From contig JAHBTD010000005.1 of NCBI GenBank assembly GCA_019638775.1, forward strand, positions 3,345 to 67,344: a stretch of 64,000 nt of DNA. Reading direction: 5' to 3'. The stretch comes from Fimbriimonadaceae bacterium (GTDB lineage: Bacteria; Armatimonadota; Fimbriimonadia; Fimbriimonadales; Fimbriimonadaceae). The notes under the pieces are model-generated. The model was given only the letters and a program-made list of their open reading frames with translations, had not been told where the DNA came from and searched no databases. Below are positions 51,890 through 60,301 of the stretch, piece after piece. The position numbers and the translations under genes are program-made. Position 1 is the first letter of the stretch. Each line of letters starts with the position of its first letter.

Positions 51890-52714
51890 CTACGACTCAT
51901 TCAAGAGCGTCGCATCGCTTCTAAACGCTAACTGCGCATCCCGATCCGGAATCTTTTCCCAACCCTCGCCGTGGAGGGATTCGTCGGGGAAGCCTTTGTC
52001 GATGGATTCGACGGTGACGGTTTGGGCGTCGATGCGGTAGTAGAGCCGCCAGGGACCGCAGGCGAGGCGGTAACAGTTCTTCTCGATTTGGAGGATGCGG
52101 CGGGTGCGGTGCGGCGTGGGGTCCGTTCGCAGGATGGAGAAGGCGCGGTCGGTGAAGTCGATCCCCCATTCTTCGCGCAGCCAGTTCAGCTGTTTGCGGG
52201 CGAGTTCCGTCACCACGATCTCAAACTTTGGAGCGGCGGCAATCGCCGAATCGACCTCGCCCACCCACCCCAGACTGCTTTCGGGATAGGCGTCGATGGT
52301 GGCGATGTAGGGCTTGATGTCGAGGATCGGGGTGCCGTCGATGAGGTCAAGCGGGCCGACGCGCAGGGTCAGCCCTTCGATGCCCAACAGCCGCACACTG
52401 GTGAGACCGATGGGGTTGGGGCGGTGCGGGGCGCGGGTTGCGAAGACGCCGCGACGCTTGGCGGGGCCGCGCGGGGGGAGCACTCGGGGCCGCCAGTCTT
52501 TGTTGCGGTCGAACCAGAAGATCAGCCAGATGCGCTCGAACCCCTCCAAATCTTCCAGGGCCAGATCGAACTGCCGCCCGGGCTGCAGGACGATGAGGTT
52601 GGTTTCGTCGGACTCGGTCTGCGGCTGGTGGGGAGTCTCAAACTTGAGCTGTTTCTCGTTGCGGACGTATCCGATGGGCTCAAACGTGACGCTCGGCGCC
52701 GGTTCCTGACTCAT
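51890..52714 (-). CDS. trmO: tRNA (t6A37-N6)-methyltransferase TrmO (TsaA-like)
   Basis: EPIGYVRN...PNPIGLTSVRLL...LDLIDGTPILDIKPY is the TsaA/TrmO beta-barrel signature. An extra C-terminal domain follows. Confidence 0.85.
   Translation of the reverse strand: MSQEPAPSVTFEPIGYVRNEKQLKFETPHQPQTESDETNLIVLQPGRQFDLALEDLEGFERIWLIFWFDRNKDWRPRVLPPRGPAKRRGVFATRAPHRPNPIGLTSVRLLGIEGLTLRVGPLDLIDGTPILDIKPYIATIDAYPESSLGWVGEVDSAIAAAPKFEIVVTELARKQLNWLREEWGIDFTDRAFSILRTDPTPHRTRRILQIEKNCYRLACGPWRLYYRIDAQTVTVESIDKGFPDESLHGEGWEKIPDRDAQLAFRSDATLLNES
52075..52159 (-). repeat. Parent copy (inside trmO) of the fragment duplicated at 50526-50610
   Basis: Direct repeat pair flanking about 1.46 kb that contains the orphan gene 50642-51745. 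Confidence 0.7.
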
Positions 52715-52807
52715 GCCTCATTGTGGCTGGATTCCTCGCCGCATCTTGCACGAACCTGCTCGTAACCGCGTGTGTCGCCCTTACGTCCAAACGCCGGAGG
52801 AACTTTC

Positions 52808-54586
52808 ATGGGCACATTTACCAATCTTGCTTTGCTCGCTTTCTATGGATTGAGCACGTCTTCTACCCCTCCCCCCTTCCAGCAGGGAGGAGAGCAGGGG
52901 ATTTACACTTCGGCCTCGCTTCAGACTATCGAGCGCGGGCTTTCGTCTTACTTGAACGCCGAGATGCAGAAGAGCATCCTCACTCCTGGCGACAACGTAG
53001 AGTGGAAGGTCTCGCTTAAGGCGGGTCAGGTGATCGTGGGAGATGCCAGCAGCGATAGCTGCGACACCGCCGCGCAGATCGTCGACAGTCTGGGCAAAAC
53101 CCACTTTGTCAACGACGACCGCTATCCTGGCGATCAGAGGCCACTCGTTTTTTGGCGGTGCGATGCTGACGGCGAATATCGCTTCCAGGTGTTCAGTCCG
53201 CAGAACAAATCGGGCGGGCAGGTCTTTGCCCGGTATCAGGTTTACGATACGATCGATCTGAGCTCGGACAAGATGTCGGAAGGGGTCTTTGCGTCGACGC
53301 GACCCTTTTTGATGCGGATGCAGATGAAGGCGGGAGAGATGCGCGAGATCATCGCGGAGAAGCGTGGAGAGGGCAACTACATCAACTTCAGCTTTGGTGC
53401 GGTGATTTCGCCCAACGGTCTGCCGGAGCGCCTCCCGAGCTTTTCGACGCCGATCTACCCGGCGGTCCTTGCCGCGATGGCTCCGCTGCCGGGTGACTAC
53501 TATATGGTGGCGATCCCCTATGGCTATCGGGGAGGCGACGGGCGTGTGCGCATCGGCACGCGCGACATCATTCCCGAAAAACTGGTTCGACAGGGTGGCA
53601 AGGCAACGGGGAAGGCTCCGACCAACCGACCGGCGGTTTGGGAGCTTGATGTGAAGGCGGGAGAGCTATTGGAGGTGACGCTGCCCGAGCTGAATCTGGA
53701 CACCAAACTGAGCATCGGCGAAGCCTCCGATATCTCGCAATGCAGCACGGCAAAGGCGGAAACGAACCCCTTCTACCCGGTGCTGAGAAGCCAGCCTCCC
53801 GGCCCGGGTCCGGCCTTTGATGTATTGCCGGGACGGGCGCGCGACAATCGGGTGTTTGTGCTTCGGGCGAGTCGGGACGCCAAACTTTGGATCGGCTCTG
53901 ACGGTCGTGGACCGTCGGACAAGCAGTTCTCGGTCAACATTCAGCCTGCGGCGATTGACTTTGCCGAGCAGAAAACCAACGCTGGGAAGCTCCGCGTTGG
54001 AAAGACGGATTACTGGGCGTTTGATGCGGCGGCTGGCGATGTGATGGCGCTGAAGTCGATGGCTACCGGATTTGCTCAACAGATCGTTGTTCGCGATCCA
54101 GATCTTGCAGAGGTTCGGAGGACGGTGGCGGGTCCGGATCAAACCTCCGACGAATGGAAGATGGTCATTCAAAAGCCTGGGCGATATCTCGTGGCAGTGT
54201 CTTGCATGGGTGACGGTGGGGGCGGCGAATACGCGCTTTCGCGACAGGTCTATCACGCGAAGGAGTTCAGCCGGAGCACACCGGCAAAGTCGGAAATCTC
54301 CGACGGCCAGGTTCAGATTTGGAAGTTTACAGCAACCCCGAACGATCCGCTTCTGATCCGCTGGTCCTCGTCGGCTTGGTCTTATGGGATCAGCATTTAC
54401 GACGATCATGGGAACCCCGCTGGGTTCCAGCGGCAGGCGATTGATGCCAACAACACGTTCGGGCTGCTGAAGGTGGACAAGCCGCAGACGTTTGTGATCG
54501 TGCTGACGGGTGGCAAGGAGAAGGCGAATTACTCGATTGAGCTTGGAAGCATTCCGGGCTATAAGCCAGCTTCCGGCGCACCCTAG
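52808..54586 (+). CDS. Secreted protein with about five beta-sandwich (pre-peptidase-C-terminal-like) repeats
   Basis: GGAGGA SD 6 nt before ATG 52808. Recurrent ...GEY.F.V..., GDYYMVAI, GRYLVAVS and ANYSIELG strand patterns. The domain assignment is by eye only. Confidence 0.6.
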   Translation: MGTFTNLALLAFYGLSTSSTPPPFQQGGEQGIYTSASLQTIERGLSSYLNAEMQKSILTPGDNVEWKVSLKAGQVIVGDASSDSCDTAAQIVDSLGKTHFVNDDRYPGDQRPLVFWRCDADGEYRFQVFSPQNKSGGQVFARYQVYDTIDLSSDKMSEGVFASTRPFLMRMQMKAGEMREIIAEKRGEGNYINFSFGAVISPNGLPERLPSFSTPIYPAVLAAMAPLPGDYYMVAIPYGYRGGDGRVRIGTRDIIPEKLVRQGGKATGKAPTNRPAVWELDVKAGELLEVTLPELNLDTKLSIGEASDISQCSTAKAETNPFYPVLRSQPPGPGPAFDVLPGRARDNRVFVLRASRDAKLWIGSDGRGPSDKQFSVNIQPAAIDFAEQKTNAGKLRVGKTDYWAFDAAAGDVMALKSMATGFAQQIVVRDPDLAEVRRTVAGPDQTSDEWKMVIQKPGRYLVAVSCMGDGGGGEYALSRQVYHAKEFSRSTPAKSEISDGQVQIWKFTATPNDPLLIRWSSSAWSYGISIYDDHGNPAGFQRQAIDANNTFGLLKVDKPQTFVIVLTGGKEKANYSIELGSIPGYKPASGAP

Positions 54587-54612
54587 CTCATCGAGAAATG
54601 CTGCCCAAAAAC

Positions 54613-54640
54613 GAATGGGTCGTCATTGACGACCCCATTC
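54613..54640. terminator. Bidirectional intrinsic terminator between convergent genes
   Basis: GAATGGGTCGTC-ATT-GACGACCCCATTC (12 bp, one bulge). Flanked by CCCAAAAAC upstream and TTGATTTAT downstream. Lies between the stops at 54586 (+) and 54663 (-). Confidence 0.7.
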
Positions 54641-54662
54641 TTGATTTATCGGACTGGGACAA

Positions 54663-55700
54663 CTATCCGCCGCCAGACCCGAAGATTGAATCTTCGATCT
54701 TGCTGTCTGTCTTTGCCGACTTGAAGTCCATTGTCCAGCTCTCGTTGCCGGCGAAAGTGACGACGATTTTCATCGGCAGTTTCGCGCTTCCGACATTTTT
54801 ATAGTTTGAATAGTCGATGACTGTGATAACCGAGCCAATGGTGCTGCGCTTGATATTCACCATTCGCACGAGCAGCCCGGATTTGCTATCGAAGTAAAGC
54901 TCCTCGGTCGAAGCAGTGGAGGGGCGCGTTGATCGGACGACGACCACCTCCGTCTTTCCAACTTTATCTTTGCCGACTACGGTTGTACGTGTAAGTTCGC
55001 TGAATAGCCCTTCGTCTTGCCAAGTTCTGCCGATGCGCCCGAAGATGGCCGCTGGCTCGTCGGTCATTGGGAAGGTGTTGTACCAAATCTGTTTGCCGTC
55101 GCTGTTGACCTTGCGCTCGCCGGAGATCAGTCTAAATTTGCCGCCCTCTGCATGGATCATCTCTAGGGGCATCGTCTCTATCTTGTGAGTAGCGTCGTTC
55201 GGTGCTGTGAGTGTTCCCGTTCTGACGATGGCCGTTGCGCTTGTGCCGACGGCGCCCATGTGTTTGGCGAAGAGGTCGGCAGGTTTGGGGGCATTCTCCA
55301 TCCTCTCGTGCCGCAGGCTTATCGCGGCGGGTATGGGTGCACCGGCGGGGTGCTCTTTTCCGTTGTGGCAGCTCATGCAGGTGACTTCGAGCTTTCCATC
55401 AAAGTATCGGGTGTTGATGTCCCTTTGCATGGTGACCATCTTTCTTGCGGTCTCTTTGATGGGCGATTCGGCGGAGTAGTCCTTGGGGTCGTGGCAACTG
55501 GAGCATTGGAACCCGAGCGAAGCCGACATGAATTCCATTGCCGGGATAAGGTCGGACGCAGGGACGCCCTTGAAGACCTTGATGTTTGCGTAGACCTCTT
55601 CACACATGGGGCCTTGTGAGGATGGTGACTGTTGGGCTGATAAGAGGGTGATGGGCACAAGGCTAACGGCAAGGATTGCGATTCGAGCGTAACGACGCAT
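54663..55700 (-). CDS. Di-haem c-type cytochrome (photosynthetic-reaction-centre cytochrome-c-subunit-like) fused to a C-terminal beta-rich domain
   Basis: ATG 55700 gives signal MRRYARIAILAVSLVPITLLSAQQ. Two CxxCH motifs (CSSCH, CMSCH). About 200 aa of C-terminal beta-strand-rich domain follow. Confidence 0.7.
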   Translation of the reverse strand: MRRYARIAILAVSLVPITLLSAQQSPSSQGPMCEEVYANIKVFKGVPASDLIPAMEFMSASLGFQCSSCHDPKDYSAESPIKETARKMVTMQRDINTRYFDGKLEVTCMSCHNGKEHPAGAPIPAAISLRHERMENAPKPADLFAKHMGAVGTSATAIVRTGTLTAPNDATHKIETMPLEMIHAEGGKFRLISGERKVNSDGKQIWYNTFPMTDEPAAIFGRIGRTWQDEGLFSELTRTTVVGKDKVGKTEVVVVRSTRPSTASTEELYFDSKSGLLVRMVNIKRSTIGSVITVIDYSNYKNVGSAKLPMKIVVTFAGNESWTMDFKSAKTDSKIEDSIFGSGGG

Positions 55701-55869
55701 GATGTGCTGATTATGGCAAGCCATGCTGCAGTATTAACGCCAATTTTGGTAACTCAAGCTTTATGTTGATCTGAAGCGACTGTCAGCATATATACCAGCG
55801 TGAAATGTACGTCATCCTGCGGACTTGAAATTGGTCTTGAGGTTGCCGTTATAAAGATAAAACAATAAT

Positions 55870-55898
55870 CGGACCGCAGCCCAAATGGGTGCGGCCCG
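55870..55898 (-). terminator. Intrinsic terminator downstream of 55959-56342
   Basis: About 12-bp GC-rich stem (CGGACCGCAGCCC / GGGTGCGGCCCG; one mismatch, one bulge). Followed on the minus strand by AUUAUUGUUUUAUCUUUAU. Confidence 0.5.
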
Positions 55899-55958
55899 AG
55901 TCAGGGCGTAATCTGGGCAGTTGCGCCACCCGATTAGCAAGGTAAAGTCGTAGTCGTA

Positions 55959-56342
55959 TCAGCGTCCGCCTACACGAACTCCAACAACCGCATATTGATA
56001 GGATGTGACCGGAATGTGCTCAGATTTAGTACAACCTAACTCCTGTTCCATGCCAGCAGCGAGATTACGTACGATGTCTTCTTGCCCGCTCTTTCCACCT
56101 TCACGCCAACTTTTCCGGATCGTCACCTGAACTTTTTCGTCCGTTCGATCGTTGACGACATATACATAGGAGCCAGACTTGGCGAAACCACAGCTACCTT
56201 TATATTTGAGGCTGGCACCCTGTGGACCGAGTATAGACTCCTGCGGTCGAATCGTCTGGCCGACGCCCACTTGGCTGGCGCTTAGGGCGAGAACTACGAG
56301 CGCTGTGCAAGCAGCTAAAATCGAACTTATTGTTTTGATCAT
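55959..56342 (-). CDS. Small secreted hypothetical protein
   Basis: GGAGG 6 nt before ATG 56342. Signal MIKTISSILAACTALVVLALSASQ. 127 aa. Confidence 0.6.
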   Translation of the reverse strand: MIKTISSILAACTALVVLALSASQVGVGQTIRPQESILGPQGASLKYKGSCGFAKSGSYVYVVNDRTDEKVQVTIRKSWREGGKSGQEDIVRNLAAGMEQELGCTKSEHIPVTSYQYAVVGVRVGGR

Positions 56343-56570
56343 GTCTAACCTCCATAGGTCAAACAATCCAACGGCGTCACTGCACAAAAAATAACAATTG
56401 TTGAAAATTTTATATCTTAATAGTCTTTGGCTTTGGCAGTAACTGATTCAGGTGGCATCTGCTTGAGCCCGCGGTTGTCGCCTAAAGCTCTTTGGGTTGA
56501 ACTGCGAAGGCTTGTTGGTTTGGTCGGCCAAGTGTGTTTTTTGCGCCGTCAGCAGGAATAGTGAACCAGA

Positions 56571-57104
56571 TCATGGGGTGGTGGAATGTGGCGGAAATTC
56601 CCATACCATTTGACCAGTTAAGACAGTTGGCTCAGGGTCTAGCTTGTCGATGATCGCCTTGAACGGAGGGATCTTCCGAGCTTTTTCTTTTGTCGACTGA
56701 TACCACGACTCTTTTTGTTCGCGGGGAGTCATCACGCTCGCCATACTGGCAACGAGGAAGGCCGCTGAAGAGACCAGTACTAGAGCAAACTTCCGACGTC
56801 CGCGTACGATCTCGCCTTGTGGGCAATGCTTTGTCATGATCTTGCCATCGGGTCGCTGGACATATCGAATGCAGAGGCGGCCTTCGTGGGTGTTGACCAA
56901 ATGCTCGGCATCTTCGCGGCTCATCCCGGAGAGGTTGTAGACGTTGAGCTTACAGAGTCCGCAATAGCGGACCTCGTCGTCGCCCTCCATCTCTTTCCAA
57001 GAGGTCGGGCAGGGGGAGCCAACTCGAACCTGATCCAACGAAATGAGTTTGTCCGTAGTTTTCATCTTATTTGTTAGTTGTTTGGCGAGGGGCAAATTGT
57101 TCAT
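56571..57104 (-). CDS. Cys-rich N-domain protein with one TM helix
   Basis: ATGA overlap with the upstream stop. CPTSW...RYCGLCKLNVYNLS Cys motif. TM helix FALVLVSSAAFLVASMASV. Confidence 0.6.
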   Translation of the reverse strand: MNNLPLAKQLTNKMKTTDKLISLDQVRVGSPCPTSWKEMEGDDEVRYCGLCKLNVYNLSGMSREDAEHLVNTHEGRLCIRYVQRPDGKIMTKHCPQGEIVRGRRKFALVLVSSAAFLVASMASVMTPREQKESWYQSTKEKARKIPPFKAIIDKLDPEPTVLTGQMVWEFPPHSTTP

Positions 57105-58201
57105 CCACTTTTTTGCACAAACCTGCTCACAACGACCATTCCATCTTCCTTGAGCGTGAGGAATCGTTGTGCCCCGCGATGGTAGCGGTCTGGGCGCATG
57201 TTCTTCTTGTGAAAGATACGGTCGCCGGTTTGGATGTCCCAGACGCCAGTGCCGCTAACGTACGAGATCGCAAACAAGTACTTGTCGAACACCAGCCAAC
57301 CCCATTTTCCTGTGGAATAGGAGGCCGGTCGGCTCGGCTCAATCAACGGCTTTTGGATGAACTGCAATTCTAATCCGGTCTTGACGTCATAAATGCCGAC
57401 GCCCCGTTTTGGCTCGAAACCAACTTCACCCTTGCCCCAGATTGCCAGCCTGTTTCGATCAATCCAGCATAGGCCAATGTCCCAAATATAATTCCGGAGA
57501 GCAAACTTGCGAATGCTCAATCCATCCTCTGACTCCCACACGTTTTCGTCAATCCACTTTTCCAGGCTCCATGTTCTGACCTCTCCGTGGGGATGCCAGA
57601 TCCAGCCGTTGTCAGCGATCCATTTGCCGTCAGGAGAAACGGCGAGACTGCAGTGGAAATAGTCAAGGTCGTGGGGTGGACGTTCATCTTTAGAATAGTC
57701 TGGCGACTCCCGAACAGTGATCAGTTCACCAGTCGAAGGATCGGAGATATCCAGACGGTTCCAGTCGGTGCAGTGAATCAGCAGAGTCCGGCCCTTGTGC
57801 TTTATGAATGCAATAGGGAATGAAGAGATACTCGGGTAATAGTTTCCTCTTTTGAGAGGCATCGTCAGCTGACCTGTAGTGAGATCGATCACATGACCGA
57901 CTTCGCCATATCGCTCCACAACCGCGCAAAACCTCTGATCTGGAGAGACGTGCAATTGAATTGTCTTGTCCTGATCAAGCCGAGAAATGTCGATTTGGAG
58001 CGCGCCACGCAAGCGCTTGAACTCAAGGTCCCCTGCTTCCTTGACTTGGGCATTGAAGAAGCTAAGAGTTCCATCTTGCTCCAGCGTGATCCAGCGGCAT
58101 TGGCTCCGGCTGTGGACGGGTTGGATGTCCAGCAACTTCCCACGCAAGGGAAGCTTGGCAGGCTTACTGTGCCGAAAAGAGTAGGGTGACTCCTCTTTCA
58201 A
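57101..58201 (-). CDS. Beta-propeller-like hypothetical protein
   Basis: 366 aa with repeated W/D-rich strand patterns (SPDGKWIADNGW, IWDIG, GVWDIQTGD). 4-nt overlaps at both ends. Confidence 0.6.
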   Translation of the reverse strand: MKEESPYSFRHSKPAKLPLRGKLLDIQPVHSRSQCRWITLEQDGTLSFFNAQVKEAGDLEFKRLRGALQIDISRLDQDKTIQLHVSPDQRFCAVVERYGEVGHVIDLTTGQLTMPLKRGNYYPSISSFPIAFIKHKGRTLLIHCTDWNRLDISDPSTGELITVRESPDYSKDERPPHDLDYFHCSLAVSPDGKWIADNGWIWHPHGEVRTWSLEKWIDENVWESEDGLSIRKFALRNYIWDIGLCWIDRNRLAIWGKGEVGFEPKRGVGIYDVKTGLELQFIQKPLIEPSRPASYSTGKWGWLVFDKYLFAISYVSGTGVWDIQTGDRIFHKKNMRPDRYHRGAQRFLTLKEDGMVVVSRFVQKSG

Positions 58202-58509
58202 CGTGAGGTCGGAACCTCCCGAACAGGATGGATGCTCGCCTCGACTTTTGACATCTGCATCAGTGGCAGCACCTTGGTGCGCCTTGGGTCGTCCCGAAAC
58301 GCCTCAAAGGCCTGCTCCGACGGGAACCAAACAAGGTGCACTTCTACCGTGTCGTCCAAGCTGCGCACGCGTCGCTGAAGTTCTCCTCCATGCTCTTGCA
58401 GAAGAGGTAGGACTGCGTCCTCGTGTTGGTCGAATAGTTGGAGCCCGTCCGGATTGAGTTGGAAGATCGCTAACAGGGTGACGCCGACATTTTGTGTCAT
58501 TGCGCTCAA
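58198..58509 (-). CDS. Small alpha+beta (DUF1330/Dabb-like) hypothetical protein
   Basis: 103 aa. 4-nt overlaps with both neighbours. The fold guess is by eye only. Confidence 0.5.
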   Translation of the reverse strand: MSAMTQNVGVTLLAIFQLNPDGLQLFDQHEDAVLPLLQEHGGELQRRVRSLDDTVEVHLVWFPSEQAFEAFRDDPRRTKVLPLMQMSKVEASIHPVREVPTSR

Positions 58510-58997
58510 TCGCCAAAGTGCGGTGTGTCTTCGCGATCCACCATCAGGCCGGGGATCTTAGACGTGAGCCTAACGCAAGCGTTCCATCGCAAAATTGCAT
58601 TTTCATTGCCGGGTGGGCGCAATGATTCCGCAAGCGCGTACTTTTCCATTGCACGCTTGAGCCAATCTCCAACGAACGAGGCGTGGGCGCCCTCCTGCAG
58701 CTTGGCTCGTGCCCAACGCTCGCAGGCGATGCCGCCGTAGTATGCCTTTTCGTACTCGCTTCCCATTTGCTCTACAACCACGTTAGCATCTTCTACTTTC
58801 GTTCCATGCCTGAGATGGAATTGGTCGGTAATGGCTAGGAAAAGGGAATGCTGTGCCTCGACGTTGTTGGGATCGACAGCAAGGACGTCGCGGCAGATGC
58901 TGGCGGCCTGAGCGGGCTCACTGAGCAGTCGGTAGCGCTCGGCAAGGGCCAGGGCGCGAGGGATGGATTCAGTGGAAATGCGTTTAAGTTCGGGCAC
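58506..58997 (-). CDS. TPR-like helical hypothetical protein
   Basis: 163 aa, helical, ...ALALAERYRLLSEPAQAASICRDVLAVDPNNVEA... First gene of a four-gene overlapping set. Confidence 0.6.
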   Translation of the reverse strand: MPELKRISTESIPRALALAERYRLLSEPAQAASICRDVLAVDPNNVEAQHSLFLAITDQFHLRHGTKVEDANVVVEQMGSEYEKAYYGGIACERWARAKLQEGAHASFVGDWLKRAMEKYALAESLRPPGNENAILRWNACVRLTSKIPGLMVDREDTPHFGD

Positions 58998-59009
58998 GGG
59001 GGGCCTCCA

Positions 59010-59039
59010 AACGATGAACGATGAACGATGAACGATGAG
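59010..59039 (+). repeat. Heptamer array (AACGATG)4 AG; left arm of the inverted repeat around the four-helix-bundle gene
   Basis: 59023-59039 GAACGATGAACGATGAG is the exact reverse complement of 59481-59497. Confidence 0.95.
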
Positions 59040-59072
59040 TAAGAATCTCCCATTCGTGAGCTCGTAATAATG

Positions 59073-59444
59073 TCATTTCTTTCGCTCCTTTGCTTTCTTC
59101 ACTGAGGCTACAAAGATCCGGGTGAGCTCTCCTGCTTCTGTCAGAATAGGCTCAACTTGTTCCTTTGAGGCTACACCAGCTTCAACAAGTAGTTCGTGCC
59201 AATAGCACGTCTCTTCCAATTCTTGCAATGCGACCTCCAGTTTACTGATGAACTCAGCGGTTGATCTGGCCCGATAACCTTCGCGATAATGAGCACCTAC
59301 TGATGCGCCCGATCTTACAGCCTGTTTTCCAAAAATCTGCGCAACGGTGCCGTTTGGTAACGATGAGTAAAGCCGAACTACTTCAATCGCAAAGCCCTTA
59401 GTTCTCCTATGCAAATCTTGAAGCTTGCTATTCGGCTCGATCAT
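59073..59444 (-). CDS. Four-helix-bundle protein (23S rRNA intervening-sequence protein / S23p family)
   Basis: ...FAIEVVRLYSSLP...IFGKQAVRSGASVGAHYREGYRARSTAEFISKLEVALQELEETCYWHELL... is the family signature. 123 aa. Confidence 0.85.
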   Translation of the reverse strand: MIEPNSKLQDLHRRTKGFAIEVVRLYSSLPNGTVAQIFGKQAVRSGASVGAHYREGYRARSTAEFISKLEVALQELEETCYWHELLVEAGVASKEQVEPILTEAGELTRIFVASVKKAKERKK

Positions 59445-59480
59445 TGTCTCCTACGATCTCCGTCAGTGTAAGCGCTCTTT

Positions 59481-59564
59481 CTCATCGTTCATCGTTCCTA
59501 CTTCATCGTTATCAATCATTGCTCCCCCTTCATCACTCCTCAATCCTCATTCATGATTCATTTT
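59481..59564 (-). repeat. Degenerating heptamer array, about 12 units (CTCATCG TTCATCG TTCCTAC TTCATCG TTATCAA ...); right arm of the inverted repeat
   Basis: In phase for 84 nt. On the minus strand most units contain TGA. The array runs into the sdhB stop codon (59558-59560). Confidence 0.85.
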
Positions 59565-60301
59565 TTCTTGCCAAACCGGAACAGCTTCGCCAGTGGATCG
59601 TAATGCGCGTCCACAACTCTTTCTTTCAACGGGATAATCGCGTTGTCCGTGATCTTGATATGTTCCGGGCAGACCACCGTGCAGCATTTTGTGATGTTGC
59701 AATAGCCGATGCTGTCGCGTTTTTTTAGGTCGTCGATGCGGTCTTCCGTATCCAGCGGGTGCATCTCTAAAGCTGCCGAATACACAAACAGTCGCGGTCC
59801 GATGAATTCGTCGTGCTTCTTATGCTCGCGCAGGACGTGGCAGACGTTTTGGCACAGGAAGCACTCGATGCACTTTCGGAACTCCTGCACGCGCTCCACG
59901 TCTTCTTGGTCGATGCGCCAAGTGCCGTCTTCGGCATCGGGCTTGCGAGGCTTGAACGGCTTGATGGTCTTCTTGGCGCGGTAGTTCCACGAGACGTCGG
60001 TGACGAGGTCTTTGATGAGCGGAAACGCCTTCATCGGCTCGACCTTGACCGGCTCATCAAGGGGAAGATCGCTACACCGGGTCATGCACATCAGGCGCGG
60101 CATGCCGTTGATCTCGGCAGAGCAGGAGCCGCATTTGCCGGCTTTGCAGTTCCAGCGCACCGCCATGTCGGGGGCGTGCTCGGCCTGGATCTGGTGGATG
60201 ACGTCGAGGACAACCATGCCTTCGGTGACTTCGGCGGGGTAATCCTCAAACTTGCCGTCTTCGGCGGTCCCCCGCCAGATTCTAAAAGTAACTCTTGCCA
60301 T
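59558..60301 (-). CDS. sdhB: Succinate dehydrogenase/fumarate reductase iron-sulfur subunit
   Basis: Cys clusters CKAGKCGSCSAEING, CIECFLCQNVC and CTVVCP. 1-nt TAATG overlap with sdhA. Confidence 0.9.
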   Translation of the reverse strand: MARVTFRIWRGTAEDGKFEDYPAEVTEGMVVLDVIHQIQAEHAPDMAVRWNCKAGKCGSCSAEINGMPRLMCMTRCSDLPLDEPVKVEPMKAFPLIKDLVTDVSWNYRAKKTIKPFKPRKPDAEDGTWRIDQEDVERVQEFRKCIECFLCQNVCHVLREHKKHDEFIGPRLFVYSAALEMHPLDTEDRIDDLKKRDSIGYCNITKCCTVVCPEHIKITDNAIIPLKERVVDAHYDPLAKLFRFGKKK

